A DNA stretch of 60,600 nt, counting the filler, from Hausera hauseri (lineage: Eukaryota): assembly GCA_046269625.1 (NCBI GenBank). It is 11 parts of 11 records of this genome, joined end to end, with 100 filler letters (N's around TTAATTAATTAA, not from the genome) between each part and the next. Parts side by side here need not be neighbours in the genome. Positions count along the whole stretch, not along the records: positions 1 to 4,760 come from JBJURY010446691.1; positions 4,861 to 11,472 come from JBJURY010081658.1; positions 11,573 to 17,730 come from JBJURY010132983.1; 8 more parts are not named here. One strand, given 5' to 3'. Of the stretch, positions 1 through 11,891 are shown piece after piece. The position numbers and the translations under genes are program-made. Position 1 is the first letter of the stretch. Each line of letters opens with the position of its first letter. The notes beneath the pieces were generated by a model. The model was not told the origin of the DNA and ran no database searches. It saw only the letters and a list, made by a program, of their open reading frames with translations.

Positions 1-5
1 TTGGT

Positions 6-105
6 AAATGCGTTAAAATGCGTTAAAAACGCGTTTAAATGCGTTAAAAACGCGTTTAAATGCGATTAAATGGGTTAAACGCGTTTTTTAACCCATTTAA
101 ACGGT
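6..105. repeat. Short degenerate tandem repeat (aaatgcgtta / aaaaacgcgttt units)
   Basis: Directly visible 10-21 bp reiterations at the contig start. Confidence 0.75.
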
Positions 106-111
106 TGTAAT

Positions 112-235
112 TAATTTCTTCTAATACTGACCAAGAGCTGGTATACTCATACGTATAAACGCCCTTTCTAGTGATAAAATGGAAATCATTGCAACGCCTC
201 CCGAAAAAATGCAATTGTTTCGATCTAAAAAACCA
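112..235 (-). pseudogene. Relic of a Polinton/Maverick-type protein-primed DNA polymerase B
   Basis: Minus strand translates as DFHFITRKGVYTYEYTSSWSVLEE, resembling the pPolB LLxRKGVxPYEY motif; frameshifted upstream. Confidence 0.55.
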
Positions 236-3200
236 TGATATTGATACAATAGTGACTAATAAAGGTGAGTTTCGAATTGTGAAGCGAATGGTTAGGATTC
301 TAACACGTTACCAATACACTACCCATTTTTCGATAAGTATAATGATGAGATGTAAATTTAAGATGGTGTTTAGTCATATTTTTTTCGGACGATTTATATA
401 TGTATGCAGGCATCGCCTGTATTGCATTTAAATATATAAAAAAAAGATCAAATTAAATTATAAAATTACGACATATGTGAAAAATGATAAACTGTCTTAT
501 ACCCGTTTTTGACAAAAAATGTTTGTTTTCAACGAATATATGGTTATTAATGACAGTGTTTTGCTAATACGTAATGCTACATAATATGTCATATAGTGTT
601 TTTGTTTCATTTACATTTATTCTGTGTAAGTAATTATCCTATATTATTGGCAGTTAAGTTCGTATTTACCTAATTTATTCGTTCAATTTTAAACGCAAAA
701 TAGCGTTAGGCCATAAATGAAACTGATGCAAGGTAGCAATGAGTATATGATGTTGTAACTCGTTTTTAACCCGATTATGGAAGAAACTCATTATTTTCAT
801 ATTTTAGTTAGTGTATAACAATGACAAGTAAGCATGGAGCACTTACGTTTTACATCAGTGGTGGACAATCATCCACCCACGATGTAGGTAACGTGTAGTC
901 CGTACGTTGATGCTAACAGCTGGCTAGTACGCCTTGTCCCTTGTAGGGTAGATGTGTATTGGTGTAGTTAATTTTTGTAAAAAATAAAAAGAAAAAAGGA
1001 ATTTTGTAGGACGGTCGGGTACAAGGATGCACTTTTGTCACTGAACATAACCTATTAATATAAAATCAATACCTTTATTAAACATGATAGGTTTAATATA
1101 ATGTATGCATATAATTAAAGTTATCTGTTATCATTTGTTATTCAACTGTTTTGATGTATAAATGACATTTTATACCTGAGATGTAAAGAATCAGAGACAT
1201 TAACGTATGTTTGGATTTTTTCTATTTTATAAAATGGATAAATTTAAATTAAAAAAATGTAAATAACAATAAAACCCGTTACATCCGTATTTATAGCTTG
1301 TGTGTTTTATGAAAGGTATAAAATAATGCGTTTTACCCGTTGTTTCCGTATGCATTTTGATTTCATATTGCTTATTCTGATAGGTGTAATAACAAAAAAA
1401 TAATAAAATAAAAAAATAATATTGAATGCATATGTTAGATAGGTAACAACTGTTGTACGAAAGGATCAAAGGAAATCCTATGGGTATCGGTACAAGGACA
1501 AAATTGGTGGCTCCTGAACGTGTTTTAACCCGTTTTTTTTTCTTTTTTCACTGAATGTATTTTACAATCGTCTTTTACTTGTGTATGATATATTTAATGG
1601 ATAAATTTAAAAAATGTATATATTCAAGTTTATAAAATTTCAAGTATAATAAAACTTTTTTGTATATGTCCTGTCTCTGTTTTAACTCGCTTACAACTGG
1701 TTCGTCTTTATATGTTATTTTACGTCGATTTCATCGTTTAGCGTCCGTTTCAGCAGTTTGCATGTCAAGAGCCATACATTAGATTCGGAGTCTGAAGTGT
1801 CTATTGCAATACTGAAAGTTGTATATTTCAGTAATGGGTGGATGGGTACACAGTCGATCTTCTTGGCTCCTGAACGCTTTTTAAACTGGTTTATCACAAA
1901 ATGTACATTTATAATGCGATTTTATCCTAATATGATATGTTTAAACGACAATTTTCATAAATATCAATTTTAAAGTGTTTCCATACCGACTTTAAATAAG
2001 GGTTTTTGAGCAGTATTATATTTTTACTGTTCTATAAAATACTAATGTCAGAAAGTGACAATCTTTCAATGTGCTATAATATTTTCTTCAGAGGGTATTG
2101 AATTTAGTCTAACACCGAGCGCGAACTGGAATAAACGTACGCATAAACGGCTTTTGTGACAAATTATACATCAACTGCTTTAAGACTCTTGAGGTGTGTA
2201 TAAAAAAAAGCGGGGTAGACGAGATTTTCGTAGCTGGACACTTGTATACAGATTTATAGACATTCTATTTACAACTTTGTCAAAATTATAATTTTTTTCC
2301 TGTAATTAATTCGTTTTAGTTCTGTAATTAATATTATTTTATGATAAAATGAGCAGTGTAAGAAGCCAAATTGTGATTAATGGAAAATTGATTTGATCAA
2401 CTAATTTAGATTACAGCTTTAAAAGGAGGGGGGGGGGATTTGTGTGTTTCCAATGCGATGCGTTTTGGAGAGGTGATAACCGTTGTCAATGTCATTATGT
2501 TAAAATTGTAGGTAACGTTTGCAAAAATAATTTTTGTTTGTATTTAGTTTGCTGTAAGGGACTTAGACGTTAATAAAACAGAAACGCACATGGGTTTCGG
2601 TATGTATGTATAGTAAATCAACATTAAGGGACATTTTAATGTTACACATTTTTTCAAGGGAATACTATATTTTTTATCAATTAACTTATGAAATTTAATA
2701 GATATGACTACATTGATCTGATGGACGATTTCAATATTCTTAACTATACATGACAAATTTAATTTTGGGGGAATCATATTTCGTCAGTATAGCCAAATAT
2801 CTGTTAACTAACCGTTTATGAACGTCACCGGTTACATATTTTGTTAGTATTACATATGTTAAACATTTATCAACATTATTATTCACATAATTACACACAC
2901 TTTTACTTTTAACAGATGGTTAGTCTATGTGGGATGAAAAGCTTACTGGTTTATATTTGTTTACGCGTAAAAGCCACACAAAGAGAAAGATCCACATGCT
3001 TCCTTTGTTTCAAAATTTTTCAAATTCCGTTTCTTCATTAATCAGGTATTTTAAATAGTTCTGACTAATAGCCTAACCAGCTATATTACTCTATGTAATG
3101 CAAAATGAATGGTTTTAAATATAAAAGTTGTTCAGTACATCAATTGTTGACGGTGTTCAATAAATGTTGCTGGGTGCGTACAGTGTGGGACTCGCCTCAC

Positions 3201-4760
3201 ACACGGATTATTTCAGTTTGTAGCTCGTAGCGTCTAAAACCCGGAACAAATGGATCCATCTCGTAGTATTTATTTCTTAACAGGGAGATCGGATGAAGCC
3301 TACTTGACAGCCCCTAAACATTTGAAAACTAACGGTTTTTAAGCCCCGAGACGCTCTAGATGTTGTGGTGGCCGATGCTTTTATCGTCTTATACGGGTGG
3401 CGGGACTATTGGAGAGTGTCTTCTGGGGTAACTCGATGGATTTGTAACGGGATGGATTCGGTGCTTTACGGTCTATTTTGTGTACTTTAGTTGTGTGGGA
3501 TTAGGTTATATGAATTTTTTTAAAATAAATATTAAAGTTAGTACCATCTAGGCAGATGATTGAATATAAATATAATATCCTGTCTAGGTTGAGCCATTCA
3601 AGGGTGGGTGACTTGGTTTTGGTGGATTGCAGCGTGGTTTTTATTTAAATACAGAGAGCCTACCATCACTTCCGCTGTACTGCGAATTAAGTTTCACTTT
3701 GTGAAATATATTCAAACACGTAAAATGTAACGTTACTATCCGCCGTCCACCGACTGCGACACCTGCATAGCAGTTGGATATTAAGCTCACCTTTAATAAA
3801 CAAAAAGGTATTTGTTATATATTTTAATATAGGTAAAATGATTAATAATCTCTGTTTATCATGGGTTGGTAATATCTGCTATTAAACATTTAATTGTACT
3901 CGGGATACACGTAAAAAATCGAAATAATTTTGAATTACAAAAGAAAGTTGTAAGGTATGTGGTAGGTGTGCGTTCGTTAGACTCCTACCGACCATATTTT
4001 AAAAGACTGCTCCCAAAGTGGAAAAGAACTTTTCAAAAGTATATTAAGTATTATAAAAGAAACCGCTCAGAGGTAATCGGTACCGGTCCGAAACTTTGAT
4101 GGGTGAGATTCACTTCACTACAACGTGCTCCAACACTAATGGTGCATATAGACATTTTTGACGTTATCCGCGAGCGTACGGTGTTTTGCAACGCTCTGCT
4201 TGATGGATGTCGGGCGACTAGAAACTGTACGGTGGCAAAGGACGATCTACAGAACATCGGAGACGTGTTGGGCGGTGGGCATAGGTGGTTGGACATAAAC
4301 CGGTTGGAAGTGGCGGTATCGGTTGATGGTATGAGATGTCGGTGTAGGGGTAATAATAATATATTTTATTCTTGAAAAAAACAAATAAATAGAATAATAT
4401 GATTAGACAAAACAATGGGAATCCACAATAATGCATATGAAAACTAATCAGTAATATCTGTCATTACATAAAAAAAAAAGACAACTCGTGCCGTTGGTAA
4501 ATTATATCAAAATAACAACAAAACAACAAAAAAAACAAAATCTAAACATTCAGAGTCAGAAAAGAAAATGAAATATACACAACACATCAAAGTTAAATTC
4601 AATAAAATGTAAATTTACTTTAATAATATTTAAAACAAAAAATATATATATAAGAAATCCCATATTGATTAATTTCTATTAGTGAATGACGACGGCTATC
4701 AATATTTTCCTGTTATATGTATTTATATTTTATATACTCTTATATGTATTTTTATATATA

Positions 4761-4860
4761 NNNNNNNNNNNNNNNNNNNNNNNNNNNNNNNNNNNNNNNN
4801 NNNNTTAATTAATTAANNNNNNNNNNNNNNNNNNNNNNNNNNNNNNNNNNNNNNNNNNNN
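4761..4860. other. Artificial contig spacer (44 N + TTAATTAATTAA + 44 N); the same spacer is at 11473, 17731, 23761, 28697, 33110, 38314, 44437, 50021 and 54636
   Basis: Identical 100-bp N-padded linker with stops in all six frames, repeated 10 times; sequence on either side is unrelated. Confidence 0.97.
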
Positions 4861-5242
4861 TAACCAAATCATAACATTACTTAAAAAATACTTATCAAAC
4901 AGAATGCAATCTGTTAAGACCACAATCCGACTACATAATACAAGTATATGGAAAGTATAGACAAAACCAAACATTTACATGGCGTACTCTAAACGAAATA
5001 GAATCGCATATTTACGAAAACATAAAAGACGAGATCACGACTGCAATCACCACACAAGCATCAATAAGATTAACCACATTACCAATCGTATCAATTATTA
5101 TATTATCAACGTTTGTTCTCATTATATTAATTGCGGCTTCTCGGTTAATTGCCAAAATTGTCATTCTAAGCGTCTTAAAACTACAGGATTGGATCTAAGG
5201 GCATTGGAACCCAAAGAGTATCTCTATGATAAAATAACCTGA
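4861..5242 (+). pseudogene. C-terminal part of a retroelement type I membrane protein (TM + YDKI tail), frameshifted homolog of 26037-27284
   Basis: One frame gives LTTLPIVSIIILSTFVLIILIAASR (TM); the ORF ends LRALEPKEYLYDKIT versus LRVWEPQEYVYDKIT in the other copy. Confidence 0.8.
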
Positions 5243-5325
5243 CAATTACAGATCGGGTTATTCTGTCATCAAACAAAGGACTGGTTTTGGTTTAAAACTA
5301 TACTTTGTTTTAAGATCAACCTTTA
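5240..5325 (+). promoter_or_regulatory. Candidate stop-codon readthrough element: UGA-CAA-UUA followed by a stem-loop
   Basis: TGA CAA TTA CAG; downstream ORF in the same frame with no stop; AAACAAAG/CTTTGTTT and TGGTTTT/AAAACTA stems; conserved at 25955-26039. Confidence 0.65.
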
Positions 5326-7436
5326 TTTATTGTTCTTCAGATTAGTAAGTATAGAAATGGCGACCAGAAGAAGTAATGAGCGACGTAGCATCGACAATTT
5401 TCTGCAACAATATGTCACTGTGTCGATTCCGCAATCTAAGTCGATATTCAAACAGATTAATAATGAATTGCAAGGAAAAACCCTCGTGAAGTACGAAAGA
5501 ATCATCGATACCCCCAACAACCTTAAAGGCACTACCGAAGAAATTAGGACCGTTTATCTATATGTATTGAGAGATGACAGGGATGCGAAGGCTTATGTTC
5601 TACATCACTTTGTCTACTACGAACCCAATCAGAACCAAAATATATTCATTCATTTACCAGATGGAGAGATCTATTATAGGTTAAAGGATCAAGTTTGGGA
5701 TTCCTCTCAAGGAAGACAGAATCGATATAGTATCTTCCTGCTCAATGGCAAAGATTTTCATCACTAGGACTGTGAACTAGAATTTCGTGTATCTGCATTG
5801 CCAGTAAAACTAATGATTAAGATAACGAACAAAGGAACACCATCTATTCCATTACAATCATTAGAATTTAGAACGAAACCCACCGAAGAAGACCAGGACA
5901 GACACTTACACTTATTTAGATTGGTACCCGATGCAAGTAATATTAGGATTATAGCTTTAAATTATGGAGAATGGGATGACGAAAACTATGTTCCAATTGA
6001 TGTATCAATCCTAGAAGCGGACGGTGTCGAGGTTTACTCAGAGATAATCAGCCCAAGAAAAAGGATCAGAGAAACTTAAGCGGAAGTGACCGGAATAAGA
6101 AAAGAACAACTAGTACGTGGCAAGAATATTGAATTGAACCCTAAAGTAACTGATGACAATGCTAAGATACGCGATAAGCCTGGTACAAGCTCCAACTCAA
6201 AAACGCAAATAAAATTCAAAGTACCTGAAATCCCCAAAAGGTATCAAGTGAAAGGAGCCGATTCAGAGGAAACAAAAATCGAACCTACAGTAGTCACAAA
6301 AAAGAGAAAAATGACTCTTTATGATTACCTATTCAGAAAGGAGAACAAAATCGCAAAAGCAGACATAGAAGCGAAGCCGGACCCATATCCGAACAAAACA
6401 AAGATTCGCCGTCCCCATCTGCGAATGGTCAGAACCGCTCCGCAGATAAAGTTAGACAACAAATAACCGAAATTAACGCATTACTAAAAAAAGACTCTCC
6501 TGACAACGTACATTTTGCTACAGTTAAGAATCATCCAAAAATGTTAGTGACTACTGAATATTATAGTCATCAGAAGATTAAGGAAGCCATGTTTTTTGTC
6601 AAGGTATTACCAGCACGGAAGTTTATGAGAACACCTATGTTTGGGAAAATCCCAAAATAGAGAAATACATTACACCAGCCTTCCAGTCAAAAAGAAATGG
6701 AAAATTGATAGTACCAGTAGACAAGTCCGTAAAGGTTTAACTTAGGAAACAGTATCAGAAGTGTCAGTTAGAGGGCGGGATTCCCGACTTAGATCGAGAC
6801 ACTATCAACTATTTGACGTTGGTACCGGTAGGATGCGACCCCAAAAAGAGTTTTATAAATACCAAAGAAAAAAGGATTTACGGCTATTTATACAAAGATT
6901 ATGATGAACTGGTGTTTGAGCCCATCGAGATCACAATACGAGTGGATTTGGACGATGAAAATTGGAAGAATGAAGAGAACGAATGTCCGGTTTGCGAAGC
7001 CGATCTTAAACAAGGATAAGTAGTCTTGGATAATCCAGATTGCCGACTCAAGTATTATCGAGACTGTCTAGAAAAATGGACATTAGACAACGGCAAAACT
7101 ACTTGTCCGATGTGCAGAGCCGAGGCCGCTGAATTGAAATATTTTTCACGTGGAAGTTATACTCGCGTGGGTCTAATAAAACCCCATTATAGTTATGAGT
7201 TTGAGACGATTTCTCGAGAGAATCGGGCGAGTATGCGCTCAGAGACCAGTCTACAACGACGGTCAAACTTAGTAAGACAGCCTAGCTCGGGTGTCACCTC
7301 TTATGACGCAATAGGCACATCCGAGGATGACGCTCAGGGAAGAGAAATGTTGAGAATTCATAATCAAACTATTTCTAGTCACGCAATAGCAAACAACAAT
7401 ATGGCAGGTGGCCGGAACTCACAAGAAATAAATTGA
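5243..7436 (+). pseudogene. Long accessory ORF of the retroelement 3' region, broken by stops, ending in a RING-H2-like finger
   Basis: ORFs 5330-5767, 5798-6079 and 6086-6466 share one frame and align with 23861-26036(-); CPVC..CRLKYYRDCLEKW..CPMCR at about 6984-7120. Confidence 0.75.
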
Positions 7437-7538
7437 AACGAAAGATAATATATATTTAATGTATATAGATTTATGTATGGGAAAAGTAGCATATATATAA
7501 AAAGGAATAGTGGCAAATGTATGATTAAAATTTTTATT

Positions 7539-7698
7539 ATGAAAAAGGAAGTGAAACACCTATTTTAATTCGAAGAAAAAAGAAATCATAAAGACAGCTG
7601 ATGAAGTATATGGAGTATATATAGCAGAGTGAAGATTGAAGAAAGCAAGCACAAAGTGGTTAATACCAAGACTCAAAGAAAGCTTATTGACGATTTCA
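7539..7698 (+). repeat. Possible polypurine tract and short 3' LTR
   Basis: gaaaaaggaag followed by TGAAA (7552), TATA-like tatatatag, and TTTCA ending at 7698; no second copy to confirm. Confidence 0.3.
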
Positions 7699-8439
7699 CA
7701 AACTTTTGATCTGTACTAATCTGTGTTGATTTTTGTGTCATTCATGCCAAGTGGTGTGGTAATTTGTTATTGTTAAAAAAATTTATATCTTCTTAAAATT
7801 TCCATATAGTTTTTTACCGCTTCTTAAAAGTGGTTTGAAGATGCCTCAAGAATTAAAATTTAGAGAAAAATCCATAGCTAAGACAAGAATTCGAGTAACG
7901 TAATTTTGCAAGAGAACACGCATTATCCTGCACCAAAATTAAAATATTTATAAGTAAAGCACAATCAGTGTATCCGAGAACCGTAGACCTTACCTGCACA
8001 TAGATTAATATATTTCAAGTGTAATTATTGCTATATAGTGGGAGATTGCATAAGGGCCACCCCATTATATAACAATGCGAACTTTAAGATGATCAAATTT
8101 GAAATCATAAAATATTTAAGCGTAGGCAGATAGGAAACCATATATGGTGAATTCAACTATGACGTCAGATATTTTAATACAAGTTCACGAGTTGAGTATT
8201 CGAAAATGGATAAGTTTAAAAAATTGGTAAATATAATGCAATATTATAGCAAAGTTTTAACATTGTAAATGCAATAATTAATTTGTCTTAAAATTCAAAA
8301 TTTAATTAAAAATCAATAAATCAAGCCAGTGAATATTGACATTGTTATATTTTACTATTTCAGAAATCCTTTCAACAAATGGTGAGTTTTTAATTCTGCT
8401 CACCTAAATTAAACATTTATTTAAAATTACATCTTCAAT

Positions 8440-9090
8440 GCAGAGTGCTTGGCAAATGTTCATGATGAACAGAATTGCCACGATACAATGAAACGATATT
8501 TCAGTTACAATTTCAACAGGTGAGAATATTTTGTATGTCCGACATGTGAGACAGTTAACAGAATCAGCTATGAAGAATTTTATAATATCCATAAACGTCA
8601 TCTCTTTTTCTATAAAACATCTGAAAAAGAAATCTTCAACAAAAACAAACCCAGCATGTCTTTTGCATCAAAGAAAATACAACAAAAATGTGATTTATGT
8701 AGTGCATGTACATCCAATGTGCACACCCCTCAGAACTGTCAGAACACAATACAGCGTCATTATGCTTACGAGTATAACAGACTGGACGTTTTCATCTGTC
8801 CAAGATGTGAGATAGTAAGCGAAGCAGGTTACCAAGAGTTATATGATTGCCGTAAAAGTCATTTCAGTGACTTCTCGACCAAGTCGAAAAAGGTTATCTT
8901 CAGTGAACATAAAGATGCAATTGAAATGGCTCGAAATATACTCAATCCTGCAACACCTTCAGCGCAATCAGTTCAACACAGGATTAAAGTGGACAGAAGG
9001 AAATTTCAATGTTTTATCCAAAGGTCAAAGAATAAGAAATCCAGAGAATTGTGCATTCAGAACGAATGTGAGTTGATATGTCACAGCTGA
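8440..9090 (+). pseudogene. Cys/His-rich protein fragment with two tandem CCHC-knuckle + CxxC modules
   Basis: CSACTSNVHTPQNC (CX2CX4HX4C)...FICPRC and an upstream in-frame paralogous unit ECLANVHDEQNC...FVCPTC, interrupted by a TGA. Confidence 0.5.
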
Positions 9091-9394
9091 AACAGGACAT
9101 ACAATGAGTTAACCAGATATCCATCGATGTTTTTGTGAGGATGAAATATAACACAAATAATACCCGAAGCGAAGAGAAAAGCATTATTCCATCAGTTCAA
9201 AATTTAAACGGACAAATACTAAAGACAGAATATTTAAATAATGCTAGCTTTCTGCAAAAATATTCTGAAGAAAACACCGATGATAAATATACAATTGGAT
9301 TGAAAACCAAGATGGAAAGTCACGAGATACCAAATCTAAATTTCAGTTTTAGAACCTCTGATATTGACTGTCTTGATTTGCAATCCGTGGCAGC

Positions 9395-11472
9395 ATGGCG
9401 ACTTACGCCGCAATGAACATCTTTGCGAACCAATTGTTGCCCAACAAATTCAGGAAAAGTGACGACGTGGAGAAGTTCATTAAAGCATGTGAAAAATTCT
9501 TTAAATATATGAACACTCCGGCGGCGAAAGGAAAACCATGGTTGAATGCCTCTTGGAGAAAAAGTACAAGAAAGATACGAGGCAGTAGATGCGAAAATAA
9601 TTGGATATCAAAACAGACTAAGGAAGGCTTTCGCCCGATCCTCAACGCTGTGCGAAGATCTGAAAGAAGCACTTGAGTACAGAATGAATGGAGCAGAACC
9701 GGAGGCTTATTTAGAGGCAGTCGAGAAACTTCTGGATAAAGTCGTGAAGCGCAATCTTTCATGCGATGCTCTAAAAAAGGAACTATTGTTCCGATGTTGT
9801 AACAACAGAGAGATGAGAAGAAAAATATGCCTCAGTGACAAATGATACGCGGAAACCATAAAGGAAAAAATACGGAAGATACACGAAGTAAAGATTAAGA
9901 CAAGACGTCAACACGGTTATGGAGTACCCTGGGATCGGTAAAAGAAGCCACTAGGATGTGGCGGTACAAAATATCAGGAAACTTAGAATCAATACGACCC
10001 AAACTAGAACATCAAATAGTAGATTAAAGTGTTGAACATGCCAGAAGGAAGGACATACGAGCAGATCTTGCACCATACGGAGACCGATAAAATGCTTTGG
10101 ATACGACAAAGAAGGACACATAAGCAGGCAGTGTCCCGAAAGGAAACCAATAAGATGCTACGGATGTGGTCAGCAGGGGCACATCAGACGAAATTGTACC
10201 AACCTTAGCTGTGCGTGATGCCACCATAGGGGACATACCGAAAAGGAGTGGTACACCAGGCTGGAGGGGAAAAGAGAACCAGGATGGGACACATACAAAG
10301 TGAAAAGAAGGTACCGAAATAATCCGAACAAAAGACGCGGGATGTCGCAAACGTAGAGGAAGAGGAAACAGAATCGGAACAGGAGTCAGTTGCCCCAAAA
10401 GGCAGAGCCCCGATAGAAGTGGAGCAAATCGGGGCACTACAACAGATTCAGTCTACCATAATATCGTTATGTATAACAGTAGTATTATATCAAACAGTAT
10501 AGACGGATAAAGAAGGGGACATGGAGATATAGTGATGGATAAAAGAACACAGGAAAAAGTATGGAAATTTATGAAAACGGAAAATTTCCAAGAAGTATCC
10601 TTTAACGGAATGGAGGAAAGTGGGAACGATACGAAAATCTTCACGCTAGACGAATTGTATGTCGAACATATATCATACAGGAAGTTTAATGGACGACCAG
10701 AAATCAAATTAAAGATACAAGACACATGGGAAAATTGTTTATTGGACACAAGGGCCAGGGTAAACGTCATACGAAAAAAGATTGTGGATAAACTGGCAAA
10801 CACACACAGAGAAATCAGATAGCACACTACGATGCGCAAACAATAGTCCCTCAGATTGTTTGGGCTCACTTACGACAGACGTAGAAATCAAGGGGCTAAG
10901 GAGACATGTGACATTTCCTGTAGTGTTGGAATTACGTGCAGAAATAATAGGTGGTGTGGACCTGAAAAAAGGCATTGGGAATGGAACTGGGATGGAAACG
11001 CATGGAAACGGAAACATTATAGCAAGATATATGCATCCTGGATGCCAAGTTCGGCCGTAAGGTGAGTAACCAAGAACGAGTCAACATGGCGAAGGAAGAT
11101 CTCCAGGTGAGTGACAACAAATAGCTTCTCAACATTATGAAGAAATACCCAGAAGTAGTCATGGCCGACAAGTGGGACACAGGATGCACACCTCTCATCA
11201 AACACCGAACAAACACGACAGGAGCGCCGATTAATATCAAACCTCACAGGCAACCAGTAAACCTAGAAAAGATGATCGACGAGACCATCCGAAAGCTATG
11301 GAAAACGACATTATCAAGCCATGTAACTCAGCATGGAAAACACCAATGATATAAGTATGGAAGAAAGATAAGAACGATGTCAGAATATGCCTGGACTTCA
11401 GACAGCTGAATCTTATAACGGAACGGAAGGCCTTCCCCATGCCTAACGTGGTAGAGATATTAGACAGGTTAT
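9395..11472 (+). mobile_element. Ty3/Gypsy element family B: gag (4 CCHC knuckles), protease, N-terminal RT; degenerate
   Basis: Gag MNIFANQLLPNKFRKSDDVEKFIKACEKFF; knuckles such as CYGCGQQGHIRRNC; protease LLDTRA (DTGA-like) and IIGGVD; RT start PINIKPHRQP...ICLDFRQLN. Confidence 0.85.
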
Positions 11473-11760
11473 NNNNNNNNNNNNNNNNNNNNNNNNNNNN
11501 NNNNNNNNNNNNNNNNTTAATTAATTAANNNNNNNNNNNNNNNNNNNNNNNNNNNNNNNNNNNNNNNNNNNNAAACAAAATCTACTTGAAATTCTGACGC
11601 AAAAAATGATTCAGACACATTCTCTCTCAATGTTGAACACATTGATCCCTGATAATGTTCCCAATATTCGACTTAAGAGCGAATTATCGAGAAAGCACTA
11701 TCTACCGTGATGATGTTGGCAAATGTCAGTCGCACTTCATCACACCTCGGGCGGGAAATT

Positions 11761-11772
11761 CGGTTACCCCGA
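11761..11772 (+). promoter_or_regulatory. Possible degenerate tRNA-Trp primer-binding site
   Basis: cggttaccccga is 10/12 identical to TGGTGACCCCGA and lies about 130 nt upstream of the UBL-gag region. Confidence 0.35.
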
Positions 11773-11891
11773 AATTTGAGACCCGCCGCGGCGAGGCTGA
11801 GGTCCCGGCCGCCTACCTTACACCATTGGGTCAGACGGCGCCTTTCGTTGCCGCCCCACAGCACGCTTCCGGACATACCACTTCGCCGCAT

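Noticed and set aside
3866-4436. Cluster of short overlapping ORFs
   Set aside because: No recognisable motif in any frame; cannot support a call
4761-4860. TTAATTAATTAA palindrome recurring every 4-7 kb, and ORFs ending XXXLIN
   Set aside because: Artificial linker; adjacency across spacers has no biological meaning
5765-5767. TAG (and TAA at 6077) as programmed readthrough sites
   Set aside because: The homologous codons are sense in the other copy, so these are decay mutations, unlike the conserved TGA at 5240
11708-11741. TGATGA...TCATCA as a 5' LTR of family C
   Set aside because: Too short, and it does not match the putative 3' LTR beyond the first five bases
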